A stretch of DNA of 50,314 nucleotides, filler included, from Sphacelaria rigidula (taxonomy: Eukaryota), in NCBI GenBank assembly GCA_964200075.2. It is 3 parts of 3 records of this genome, joined end to end, with 100 filler letters (N's around TTAATTAATTAA, not from the genome) between each part and the next. Parts side by side here need not be neighbours in the genome. Positions count along the whole stretch, not along the records: positions 33,611 to 50,314 come from CAXNAA020001272.1; 2 more parts are not named here. One strand, written 5' to 3'. Below are positions 35,544 to 47,790 of the stretch, in pieces. The notes below the pieces were generated by a model. That model searched no databases, was not told where the DNA came from, and was given only the letters and a program-made list of their open reading frames with translations. A program made the position numbers and the translations under genes. Each line of letters begins with the position of its first letter. Within the stretch, counting starts at the first letter, position 1.

Positions 35544-38500
35544 ATGAGCAGAAGGGACTTCCGAGCGGCGATGGCGGAGGAAGCAGCGGCTTCTTCAGCT
35601 GCTCCTAGCGCTGGGGGTAGCTTTGCTTCGATGCCTAGTCTAAGTGAGGAGGGTGAGGAGGATGAGGAAGACGGATCGGAAGATGTTATAATCGAAGTCG
35701 AGGTGAGCGAGATATCGAAGGAGAGGTTATGGATCTGGGTCGGTACAGTAGCACATGCATTTTCTTGGCAACCATTCTACTTTTTTTTCCAAGCTTATCA
35801 AACGGTCGGACCAGTTGTCTGTGAGGTTAGGATGTGTGAGAAGAGTAAGCAGGAAATTGTCATGCGCAGTTCGCACAGTTCGTACAGTAGACACATAACC
35901 AGGAGAAGACAAACAGCGGCAGCGGTTGGCAACCTTGAGTTTTGCGTTTGTATGTCTATGTACCCTTTCCTCCCGCAATGTTTCTGTGACGTTGATGATA
36001 TACAGAGGTGTGCCAAGCTATTCCAAGCTATTCCAAGCTACACACCATGTATTTTTCGCAGTTTTCGTGGCCGCTTTTGGAATTACGAGCGTTCGCCAAG
36101 CTTTACCTGTTTTCAACGCCAACAGCTTATAATAGCAGCGAACCTCGTCCATGGAAGCTTTGATGGGGAAAAGCCGCGCGCTTCCAGAATTTTCGCAACC
36201 TGCTGTGGATATACTCTGACTACTAACACCTGCCCCCGACCTGCCCCCATACCGACTGCAGGAGATGGTGCGCGCCATGCTGACGGACTTTCTCGAAGCG
36301 GGGTATCTCCAGGGACATCCAACATGGACTTCCTGTCCAGATGTAAGACAGCTGGCGACTGTTTGCGTCCTTCACGATGGGCTGTACGTCTTGCCCACTC
36401 GATACTTGTGGCAACGAACGTTTAAAGTTGACGGCAATTCCCTGTGAAGCAGACGGATGGTCGGGCTGGCTGCCGCATGCGTATGCATGTGTACCAAACC
36501 GGTTGTTCAGGGAGAGTGCGATTCTTCACGCAATTGTCGAGGTCATGAGGGCTGCGCTGTTGAGGGGCCATAGGGCGGTGGACACTGTTTTTCGAAGGCA
36601 TGGTCATGGCCGATCTTGTGTACGTCCGACCGCCTAGAAAACCCTACTCGTGAAGGCGACGCTCCACAGTTTGGGATTTGAAATCGAGGAGCTGAACCAA
36701 AATGCTTCCCCCCCTCCCCTTTCCCCCTCTATTTCCGTGCCGTTTACGTGCGATGACCAACAACCGAATGCAACGCCAACACACCAGGGAAAGTATATGA
36801 ACGTCAGTTTCACATGTCATGGCGATCTCGCCACCCTCGTCGTCCTTAAGCTGGAGTATATAGGTGAGAAACCCGAGGGAGAGGGGAAAGGCTTGAAGTG
36901 AGCAAGACGAGCTTGGCAAAATCGCATTCGCGTACTGTAGCTCGTAAACTTTCGTGACATGTCATTGGTCATTGGTCATTGGTCATTGGTCATTGGCCAT
37001 TGGTCATTGGTCAATGGTCATTGGAGTGGCGCGGCTTCTCGTAGATGTGTCACGAATGCACTCAAACACGGTCAGGTCACGAACGCAACATGCCGTGGTG
37101 ATGCTTTGTTGATTTTTCTTAGGTTTCCCGTGTGGCATCGAACACATCACTGTCTCCTCATTTCTCGCAGCTCTCCGATCTTAATTAACCCCCCACCTTC
37201 AATCTTTGAATGTGCGGAGTCACACTGCACGCTTCTCAGGTTTGACATGTGCGGTTGGTTGATTGTTACACACCATCTGATCCCCTGCAAACCTAGCTGT
37301 GGTCACACGGTGGACGCACCCAACCCTAACCCTAACCCTAACCCTAATCCTAACCCTAACCCCAACAAAAAATATCGCGTAAGGGAACTCGAGAAGTGCA
37401 ATGGTGAAGAGAGAGAGAGGGACTGAAAGCGCCAGGCAAAGATCTACAGTAATACCAGTCTGGGAAAAGAAGCACGGCAAACCTAACACCCCTGCCGCGT
37501 GACTTTGAGTGAGTAGGCCGTATACGCCGCATAGGTCGTACAAGAACGGAACAGAAAGAAAACGAAACGAATCAAAATTGCCAGAAGGAGAAGAGACAAG
37601 GATAGAGGTAGAAGCGGAGACTGACAGAGACACGGAGAAGAAAGCGCAAGAGGGGGAAGAGGGGAAAAAAACAGGTGCGCAGAGACGGCGCAGATCATGC
37701 ACAGGAACACAGCTTGGATGCACCCCTGAAAATTTGAGTCGAATAGAGAAAAATCAAGGACATAAAGGACGGAACAGGGGTTTATCAGTCTCTGTGTTCG
37801 CCCCGTCTCCCTCTCCAACCCCTAGTCAGGGGGGAAACGGGTCATTATTCCAACCACTGCCATTTTGAATTCCTGGCGGGGTGTTGCTGCCAGAGTTGCG
37901 GCTTGTCAACCCAACAGTCTATCGTTTGTGACATAGGTCGGATTGGGGTCGGCCGGCACCTCGCCACGCTTCGTCGAATGCCTTCGCCCCTTTATCGGAT
38001 CGGAAGTGCCATTTGGTCATATCTTGGGCGACAGAGAGTGACTGCTACACTGTAGACGAGACACCTGCATTCTCCTGGAGGCGGTGCCCCTACTGTTTTA
38101 AAAGGCCGTGCAGGTTCGTTTGGTCCTTCGGCGGACGTGTTTCGTGCCGTCGGACAAAGGCCCCCGCGAACCAAAGCTTGCGCTTTGCGGGCGGTCCCTT
38201 CCATGCGTTCGCCTTTTTGGTCGTCTCGAGCACAGCTCTGTACGAAAGAGTCCTGTGTCCACTGTGACTCTTCCTGTGAAAGGCAACTGTTCGCAGAAAG
38301 AGGTGAGAGATGGCCGAGGTTTGGATCGGTCGTACAGTTGGGGTTAGAAGCTATACTTCCGGGGGCATGCCCATCCAGCGCTGCACATGCATCAGCGCCT
38401 GACTTACACGGACAGCACAAAGGTAGACCAACTCGACCACCTGCTGCTGTGATGCACGATGCGATTTCTGGGGACCTGGGTACGGGCCACAGGCGCATGA

Positions 38501-41500
38501 CTTCTGCCTTGTTCGCCGATACCGTCATCCGAACTCCTGACAGACCATTGCTATCACAGCCCTTATCCTAGCAGACCCGCCAGGGGAACTTGAGGCTGTG
38601 CATGCGCCATCCGTGTAAAACGTATTCCACACACGAGTATTGGCCAGTATCTGGATCTATGCCATGGAGTCCATGCTGACATAGACAAACAAATATTGGT
38701 TGTCGTTGCTTCACTCGATCAGACAAAGTAACGCCGCGAGTTTGCATTTCGCTATATCTATGGTCCAATGGTACTATAAAACTGAAGCCACTAGGTCGAG
38801 AGCCGACCCGGTGAATGAAGCGCTGATTCAATCCGCGAGAACAGCGGATTTTCAAAAATGGGGTTGAACAAACAAATGAGGTTCAACTCAAAAGCAGTGC
38901 TGGGAACTAAAGTCATGACAAATGGCTTTCATACGGACGACCTCACCCCTCCCGACCTCCCTACACGTATTTCGGAGGGTATACAGCCTTCCGTTGCCCC
39001 GAAGGGTATGTGCGAAAGCACGATTTTTTGGCCAAAAAGCGTCCATTTTTTCATCCACAAATCGAGGCAAAAATGTGCTTTCGCACATACCCTTTGGGGG
39101 AACGGAAGGCTAGAAATCCCCCAGAAGTGTGTTAGGGAGGTCGGGAGGAATGAGATCGTCCATGACTTTAGGTCAGAGCATGCACTGCTTTTGAGTTGAA
39201 CCACGTTTGTTTTGTTCATACCCATTTTCGAGAATGCGCTGTTCGATATTACATGGCAAGGCCTGTACCGGAGCACAGCTGTGTCGATCCCTTGGTTTGA
39301 TGTGACCACGGACTCGTCCCGGGGAAGAGAAGGGTTAGGGTTTGGAAATGTGCCAAGACAAGATACCTGTCTTTCTACCTGTCTATTCTACCTGTCTGCC
39401 TGTTTAATTGTCATCTTTCTCCCGTGGTAGGCATCGGATCTGACGTCGGAGCCGTGAACGCTACCCCGGTGCAAGTGGGACGGTCGGCGGTACATGCAAG
39501 GAAGCTAGCGGAGAAGAGAAGGGTAGGTATTGCGTGCTGAACGCTAGAGCATAATTGTTCTCTCGTTTACCGTTTGCCTACAGCTACTGTTTTCGTAGGA
39601 CACGCCAGACTACCATCATCCAGGAGGGCGTAAGCAAACCATGTGTGTGTGTGTATGTGTGTGTCTGCCTATGCGTGTTGGATACAGTTAGGTATGGAGC
39701 TGCAACAATCTTGGCTATTGATCAGCAAGATCATCGGGACACGACCACGAAGTGAAGCAATAGGGTGCAACGCGCCATCGTTATTTCATGGCATTGAAAA
39801 TCTCGGCGAAGCTAGAACTTCGAGCTCTCTGGGGATATTGAGTATCACATAGCCTAACTCACAATACTGCTCGCTCAACAGCGCCGAATTTATTACCTCT
39901 CGCGTGTCATGCGGGGTGCATCTCACAACATGTACTTGCATACTCACGAGAAGTACCGCATGAGACAGGGCACTAGGAAGACGTGTGATTCCGAAAACAA
40001 ATATAAACAACATCGGGCATTCCGGGCGGTTGTGTAGTTGTTACATTTACGCGCGTGTGCGTCTATCTCATGACCCTAAAAAATTGCTTCCACCTCACTC
40101 CCGAACAGGAGGAACTACGTCTGAGGGAGGAGCGGAAAGAGATAAAGCGTCAACGCTCTTCTGGCGCAGAATATCAGTCCTCTGGCCATCGCCACATAGT
40201 CGACAAGCTGACAGGCGCCATGGAGGACGTTAGACGGAGCGCAAGGCAACACTGGGGGCGATTGTGAGTGTCTCATTTTCGTTTATCATCGTGGAGTATT
40301 TCGTCGATGGTTTCCTGTCCAGACTATTCGTTGTACCCATTCTTACACCGATTCCCAAGGGTCCTGAGCCTTACACTGAGCGAGATGATCCATTTGCCGA
40401 GCAAATCAAATGTCCATGATGGGATCGGAAAAAGTCCTCTAGTCCTCGTATTGATCAACGGAAATACCCCGAAAACGATCGATTCTGGATGTTTTGAGCG
40501 GTGCGATGTTGTGTATGCCGGTGTTCGTGTATGTCCCAGCTTTGTCCCAGAGCACGACACGAAGTTTTTGAAGATCGCCTCGGTGTTTCGCGTGGAGGAG
40601 CTGGCGGAGCAGATCGCCGGCATGGCGCTCTTCACGTTCGACTACATCATGTTCGTTGTAATCGCTTCCATCATTGCGGCCGTGGGTCTGGCCACCGACA
40701 ACGCTGTGGTCGTGGTGGCAGCGATGCTGGTGTCGCCGATCGTAAGTGTTTCAATCCCAACATTTTCATATCTCTTGCGTATTATCTTCGTGCTTGGGAT
40801 TGTTTGCGCCGCTGCCAAAAAAGAGATCGGTCAACACACGCATAGAAATCCGCAGCCCGCGGTGTTGTAAACACCTCCAGGCAGAGGGGGAGGGTGGTTG
40901 GAGGGGGGCGGGGGCACATGGCCGGTGTCCGTTGCAATCGATCAATACCCTCTTCGGGCGTGGAATATGACTCTGGTTATCTCTTCCTGACTTTCTCTCC
41001 AGAGCAAAAATCTGAGGTTGTGCGTTAGAGCACAATTTTCACCTCACCCCTCGGAACTCTGAGAAGAGAGCAGATGCTAGCCGTCATTTCCCGAGTTGTT
41101 AATCCCGTGGATGCCTTTGGGGAGGGGGGGTGGGGGAAGCATTTCCCTGACGCGGACGCTTTTTCAGTCTCTCTCTGGGGCAGGTTCAATTTGAGTTTTC
41201 TCCTGAAACAACGTAACGGGTTCCAGCCTAATCGTCTATTCACTGGCATTGAGTATTTGGACAGGCAATGCGGAGAGACAAAAAATACCGTAGTGTGTTA
41301 CCCACTTGAGTGGAAATACGATTTGCGTTTACACGTCTGTCCCTCCCGGCGCACGTACCGTCTGTACGTATGCGTTCCTTGTGCAGATGGGCCCCATCAT
41401 GGCGTTCACGTTTGGCTTTGCTACCAAGTGAGTCCCGTTGATGGGTGATAGGCTACACCGCCGACAGCGGTTGTAGATCAAACTGTTTTCTGCAGAAACA

Positions 41501-44500
41501 CCGCTAGGCGAATGCGCGTTCTCCCGATCTCCCCATGTTTTGGGCGATGCGTTTGAAGCTACGGAGTGAAAAGAGGCACGGCTTGGAAATGTTGTTGGTT
41601 TTGGTTACGTGGTAGTTACGTAGGTACACATATCTACATCTACATAACAGTTCCGAGAAAATCACACAACACAATGACTCTTGGCACACGGACGACAGGG
41701 TATACACGTGGCATGTTTACTCAGAGAGTGGCGGCATGCATGTAAAACTTCAAGGGTGTGTTGGGTAGGGTAAATATCCGGGTATCTACTGTCCCGAATT
41801 TTGTGCTGCGACGGTTCGGTCTCCAAACATACCCAATTATTGGGTAAATTTATGTGGGACGGCATTGTTTTACCGAATCTCCGGGTATCGCTGAGTAAGA
41901 TCTTAATTCTCTACCCCAGGTTTGGGTGCTTGGAGTACATCTTTTGAAAAAACCCAAAGACAGGAAATATCCAACCCAACACACCCTTAAAGGGGTTCGC
42001 CCCCGCTGCTCCCTCACCCTAATCGAGCGACCCCGCTGCCCCTCCGATCTGTTCTATTCACTCACCTGTTGTGAAATATTGTGCTTGCACGACCCAGGGA
42101 CAGGGGAATGGTTGTGAGCGGCGTACTTGTGGAGTTACTATCTTTGTCCATGTGCATCGTGGCAGGGTTCGTGTACGGCGTGCTCGCCCTGCCTACTCTG
42201 AAAGAAGGAGATTGGCCGACGGAGCAAATGTTTTCCAGGGGAGGTGCGCAGTGAAACGGAGTGTTTGTTGGAACACTGATAAGATGCGCAAAGGTGTAGA
42301 GGGGGTCGACGAGAGGGGAGCCATCCGCAGCAATGATTACGGTCGGGTTTCGTTAGCGAAGGTAGTCTCCACATGCAGTGTCGCGGGAGTGGATCAGAGT
42401 TGCTCGGGTTGGGCAAAACGCTTGATGTTTTCTCCGCGATGGTTCCTTCCTTTTTCTAGTGCCGGAGCGCGCTGCTAACACTACAATGTATTTAGCATCG
42501 GCGTCTGAATGCACATGGCACTGTGCTCAAAGTCAAGATATCCTGACGCCCTTGTACAATATTGCGGCACCGTTCACCTCTTCCGTGCCTCATGTATTCC
42601 AAGCTGCAGGCAATGTGAACACATCGCATACAAATATTCCTTCAAGTGTTACCAGTGATGTGTTGTAGCACAGAGGGGTGAAATAGCGTAAATCAAATAC
42701 AGAACAGGGTGAAGTGAACTGTCCCGAAGTGCCATTATACTGCAACGTCGCATACATATCTGACGACGCCAGAATCGGACTGCGACCCTCGAGTTCCTAG
42801 GTGAGTTGATTTCAAGAGCCGGCCCGCGCTAACACCTCTTGTGCTTCGATGACGATTATTGAGTGTTTTTTGAGCCAGCCACGCCTGACGGGCGACGGAC
42901 GGAGACACAAAATTAAGGAGATATCCTCTTTGGGTACTTCGCCCCCATCCAGCTATCATCTGAGAAATATTTATCCTGTTAGTCTTTGGATAACCACCCC
43001 CAACGCTGTACAAGCATGTGTATCGCACCCAACTCTACTCAGCTGTGTTAGACGGATCCGACCACGCCGTCGTAACCAGGATTTTCATGTAGCTTACCGC
43101 GGAATGTTATGGACCTAACCACGTCATTGCAACATGACTTCGCGTATACGTTCTGGAACAATGAAACACGTCGGTCAGCTGCGGACGGACTGGTATACGG
43201 TATCATCGTAGCGATACCATCAGGCATGGGCGTCGCGCTGTCTCTCCTGGACCAAAACGTGGGCGGCCTTGTGGGAGTGGCGATCAGTGCTTCTCTACTG
43301 CCCCCGGCTGTGGGTGCCGGTAAGCTGTAAGCTGTAAGCTCAACAAGCTATCAGCTGTCAGCTGTCAGCTGTAAGCGAAATCAAAAAGCTCAACCCGCGT
43401 CCAAGGTGGTTTTCTGCGCACAAAGAATACAACACACGGGGGACGGCTCATACAGACTTCTTCTGCCGGCCCACGGCCGACCTTGCGAAGTAGTGTGTGC
43501 TCTCGCAGTAGGCGGCCTTTGAAGGGCCGCCGCGACTGTACGTCCTACGCATGAAGCACTCATCGCTGGAGCGTATCCTCGGTTATCCGCATGCATTACC
43601 GTTTTGAGGTACGGACCCAATACTGACCCCCTGTCCACGGGACATTCACCCATTTTTCACTTCACCAGTGACTATACGCAGATGCTAATCACGCCCAGCG
43701 AACATTGTGTTGACCAACCATACCACCGCGTCACGCTCTTGCTACACCGGGAACGACAAAGGTACAGCGGTGTACTCTTTCTTTCATTTCCCCCCCTCAT
43801 CATTGTTGCTGCGCTGTTTTGTCGCCGTCACGAACCGGACACTGGCATCTTACAGGCATGTACTGGGCTTTCTCAGCTCTGGGTGACTACATGTGCGACT
43901 TCCCCGTCGACAGGCGCCAGATGGCACACGTGAGTGCTTGGGGTAGCATGCGATCTCATAGGGGCTACGGCAACACTTTTCAACGTAAAACAAATGTTTA
44001 CGTAGGCATATTTCGAGTGGGGAAGAAGCAGCATCGCCACCGATGCCCTCGAGAATCGTCGTGCGCTGAGGCCGTGACCGAGCGGTGCTACAGTCGTTGT
44101 AAACAGTGCACCGTAAGAGCTCACAAATACCCAAGATCAACATCCTCGCCTCCGCCGTCGACCCATTTTCGTTAGGAAAATAGTAATATACTTTGATCAC
44201 CTGAAGCGCCGTCACTTTCAAGGTCTGACTGCGCGTGGCAGCTAAATTCACCGTGCTGTCGACATTCATCTCTGCATGCATCGCAACTCACCTTTTTAGG
44301 GTTGAGACAAAAGCAGCGAGTGTGGTGTCGGGTTTGAGGGACAAGTTACTCCTTGCCTCCCGTGCAAAGGACGAGAACACATTGTCAAATAGTAGATACG
44401 GCGCAAATTGTTCTGCAGACGTGTATTTCGCAAGTAGGACAAGAGAAGGACAAGACGATTGCTACCTTTTTCAACATCGACTCGTTCCGAACACCCTGCC

Positions 44501-47500
44501 CGACGTGGTCGGCCGCTGAGGGGTAGGGTGGTTGAAAAACTCGCATGAATGAAACATGCTCGCGGGAAATCGTGGTTAATGTCACCGTATCTCTTTTGGA
44601 AGCCTTTTCCTATGCGAGGGGGAGAACACGTTCTGCCCAGGTTGATGTGTACATCAAAGTGCCATGTAAAATACTGTGGAGGGATTGCATGTAATATTAA
44701 TGGAAAGCAACAGTGCCTTCTCTTGTAGCCTTTTCAAATGCTGAGCATGCTTCAAAATCTTACGGTAGCCCCTCCCCGCTTCCCTGCCCGTAGTGTAACT
44801 CGTGGCTGTCTCTGGAAGTGGCGATACCAGAAAATGAAGCAACTCACTGGAGGCTATGATCCAAATGCAATATATTTAGTACGGTTCGGGCCGAACAAAT
44901 CTTGATAGGATGCAGGTCACCCCTTATGCGACTCGCCGGACAAGCACGGCGCTTTACGCTCGGTGATTGATTGCCGGCGTGGTCCGGCGAAAACGTGGCG
45001 TGCTCCGTCCAGGTGATAAAGGATGCGAGATCAACGGTCAGATGAGTACGACATGAATTACCATGAGCACGTCTCCCCCCCTGTCTGCCCTCCCTTCGTC
45101 CTCCGTGGCTACCCCTCGCACCGTATCGTTTGACGTGACCGTGCGTGGGGCAGGAGGGAGCCGTTTCGTTTGCGTTGACGGTAGTGAACATCGTGTGCGT
45201 CACCTTGGCAGCGCTGTTTATGTTCATGCTCAAGCGGGTTGTGCCGTCTACGCAGAACGAGAGCTTTTGGAAGCGCGACTTGCGCCATGCACAAAAGCAC
45301 TCATTAGGCGGTACGTTACTACGCATGTATTTCTGTGTCCCCCTAGTCTCTCTCATCATAGGGGCGCACTGATCAGAGCACCCCTTGCTTTCTCGAACAA
45401 GGTCTGACCCGGTGAATTCTTCATGGAGGGATGAGATGAGCGAAATGGCATCGACAAATGGAGTTTTCGCTCATCGGTTCTCAAGTGGTTATTAGTTAGG
45501 ATTTGTGTCTACTCTCCTTACTTACGTAGCTCCTCAACACGAGGGTGATGAACTTATCAAAATACAGTAATTCCTACAACAAAGGAGGGTGTTTAATTGC
45601 ACGAAACAAAGGACTTTGATGGTGTTGCACAACCCCACATTATGTGCTTGTATTAGCGAGTGATCCTTTTAGTTACCTTGGGGACACGTATATTGTGATC
45701 ATAGCTGGATACGTACAGTAGAGAATAACTTGATGGTAATGTGAGGCTATCAATCAATCCATGATGTGGGTAACTACTACTTCTTCGCCATACGGTATGA
45801 AAATGTACGTAGCGTTGAATCCACAAGCACTCGAGATTATATTCGCTCCTTGCATCTTCAGTACAGGAACTGGCTCAAACTACCACCCCTTAACAGCCCA
45901 AGCTATCGTGTGATCACTCAATAGTGACTCACGTCGGCAAGCACCGCTCATTCTGTCTGATGACGAAACCTTGTAGTGGCGTAGAGCCTTGTCTGCTGTG
46001 CCCGGAGAAATTTCTTCCAAACTCGGGCAGTATCGTGGGTTCACGGTGCGAAAGACGAATGGTAGGCATACCTTATTCCCTCGACATGATTCCAATACGA
46101 CATCCGAACTTGGAACTTCTTTGAACTACCTCTCCACGTTCACCAAGTGCCCCGATTCCGAGCGTCAAAGCACAACTGACCGTCTGGTGTCTTCGTGGTC
46201 CAGACATGTGACCGCATGACGATCAATCATGTGACCCATGTGCTCGCATGTACGACCCATCAGACAAGCCTCAAAATAAACCAACCTTGTCTATAGAATC
46301 GTCGGTGATACAGTGGGCGGACGGAGATATCCATGCTCCCTCCCCAAAAGCGTCAACTATTCGCGTATTCTGCTTTGTGATACTCTGTTTCTTTGTCTCT
46401 TTGTCTCTCTCTCTCTATCTGTCTCTTTATCTGCCGTACAGACGACGAGCCATGCGGCGACCTTCCCAGCGTAAAGAAATTGCTCCACCAGGTAAGATCA
46501 ATACCGATGGTATGTTCATGTATTGTCAGTACACTGTTAGCAAGCACACTGTAGCACGCTGCGTCCGAACAAGCGTACGTGAACCGTTGGTTTGACGTTC
46601 AGAAGGGGTGAGCAGTTTCACATACGCAAATTCGCACATACGCACATACGCACATATCACGACAAGCGTTGTGTTTGTCTTGTCCTGTGCCGGGTGGCTC
46701 ATTTTTTTTCACACAAAACGCAAAGAAGCACAACGTTTTCATGCATCGGACATTGATCAAATGGTTGATTGATTGATGATCGCACCTTCAAAGATCCCCG
46801 AGGGATCCCATTCAGCTGTAGTCACATGATACACTTGCCCGAGATGAAACAAAGCGTGAACACGACAGAAAAATAGAACAAACAGAGTGCTCGTAGGGGG
46901 GGAAAAGAGACAAAAACAAGGACGGGAACTAGAGATGGTTAGCCTCTGCAACACGGCTTCGGTAAAAGATGTCTTGCGTAAAAATCATACTCATATCCAG
47001 TCAATAAAAACAAAAGCCGTGGAGATAGATTGCGGGCATCTATCCCGACCTCACTCTAGGGTGGACATGAAGCTGTTGCCCAAACTGCTACTTGCAATCA
47101 TCGGGAGGAAAAGGACACATACAAAGAGTAAATGTGAGAGAAGTATGACTGTGATTTGAGAGACAACTAAAAGGACAGTACGTATGTTTCACTGCAGTTT
47201 TTCGCTCGCCGCTTGTGTTATTTTTGTTCAATCGACTTTGCATGCAGAGTGGCACCCAAAGCAACCTTCACTACGACGCGGTTGGCCCCTCCGTGCCAGG
47301 CTGCATGCCAACAGTGGAGGAGAACAAGTGCTGAGCTCAACAAGAGATTTCCCCCCGTGTTTGTTTTTTAAGTGTGAGTGCGGGGGAAAATTGTCCCATT
47401 CACCTTAATGATTGAAGATCCAAGGGCTCACGGTGTGCACCGTCGAATGGTGAAATAATGAACCAGCGATATTTCTCTCTCCCTATATATATATATATAT

Positions 47501-47615
47501 GTTGTATACGGTTTAGTGCCTATGTGTTCCCCCGATTATCTTTTGAATTCTCCGTTCGACATTTTGCATTTCTTATAACGAAGTTAGTGTTCCGTTATCG
47601 GGCGAAGGCGTATCG

Positions 47616-47655
<40 letters not shown>

Positions 47656-47790
47656 AAGTGTGTGTGGAGATGCGCGTGTTGAAGGGCGGATGATCACGAA
47701 CTCGTGTGTCTGTTGTTCATATTTCAGGGAAATAGAAGAATCCTGCCTATGGTAAAACCGGCAGGCACAGCTTACGAGCTTTGTAGCTGA
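35544..47790 (+). CDS. DUF389 (TIGR00341-like) multi-pass membrane protein, 13 predicted exons, about 478 aa
   Basis: Exons 35544-35702, 36262-36342, 36788-36863, 39431-39522, 40109-40263, 40540-40741, 41387-41427, 42098-42243, 43179-43319, 43856-43929, 45154-45310, 46442-46491 and 47728-47790 splice in phase with GT-AG and total 1437 nt. Family motifs: ASIIAAVGLATDNAVVVVAAMLVSPIMGPIMAFTFG, WPTEQMFSRG, GLVGVAISASLLPPAV, FALTVVNIVC. The last two exons are less certain. Confidence 0.85.
36962..37023. repeat. Heptamer microsatellite, about 9 units of TCATTGG
   Basis: Direct reading of the sequence. Confidence 0.9.
37255..38830 (-). mobile_element. 5'-truncated, decayed RTE-like non-LTR retrotransposon (LINE) in intron 3 of the DUF389 gene
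   Basis: The minus strand gives a degenerate YADD region (VWNTFYTDG...VIAMVCQEFG, frameshift, MTVSANKAEVMRLWP...ITAAG) and later LSYRAVLETT...RKLWFAGAFVR...RPPK, the RT thumb and C-terminus. These are followed by a pyrimidine-rich 3' UTR, about 7 TTAGGG units, the conserved end TGTGACCACAGCT and an AATC/AACC microsatellite tail at about 37255. Confidence 0.75.
37321..37365. repeat. Interstitial telomeric repeat, about 7 units of CCCTAA
   Basis: CAACCCTAACCCTAACCCTAACCCTAATCCTAACCCTAACCCCAA. Shorter tracts occur at about 3577-3592, 34924-34948 and 39331-39343. Confidence 0.85.
38839..39244. mobile_element. Foldback/MITE element, whole-length imperfect palindrome
   Basis: The left arm GAACAGCGGATTTTCAAAAATGGGGTTGAACAAAC...GGTATGTGCGAAAGCAC pairs with the right arm GTGCTTTCGCACATACC...CCCATTTTCGAGAATGCGCTGTTC around a loop of about 30 nt. 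A second copy of the terminus lies at about 50248-50314. Confidence 0.8.
41752..41988. mobile_element. MITE with 15-bp perfect TIRs, GGGTA/TACCC-rich family
   Basis: AAGGGTGTGTTGGGT (41752) and ACCCAACACACCCTT (ends 41988) enclose internal GGGTA/TACCC motifs. No TSD was seen. A related degenerate element lies at about 23490-23730. Confidence 0.65.

Noticed and set aside
35331..36425. 364-aa ORF as a single-exon gene
   Set aside because: Only 35544-35702 looks coding and it ends at GAG|GTGAGC. The rest is intron read-through, and exon 2 lies in another frame.
36959..37426. Repeat protein with (GHWSLVI)n and (PN)n
   Set aside because: It is a translation of the TCATTGG and CCCTAA microsatellites inside an intron.
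14511..47790. Bacterial contamination or an operon (degP, rimM and DUF389 are bacterial-type families)
   Set aside because: All three are split by spliceosomal introns containing eukaryotic transposons. They lie on different contigs and strands with no evident functional link.
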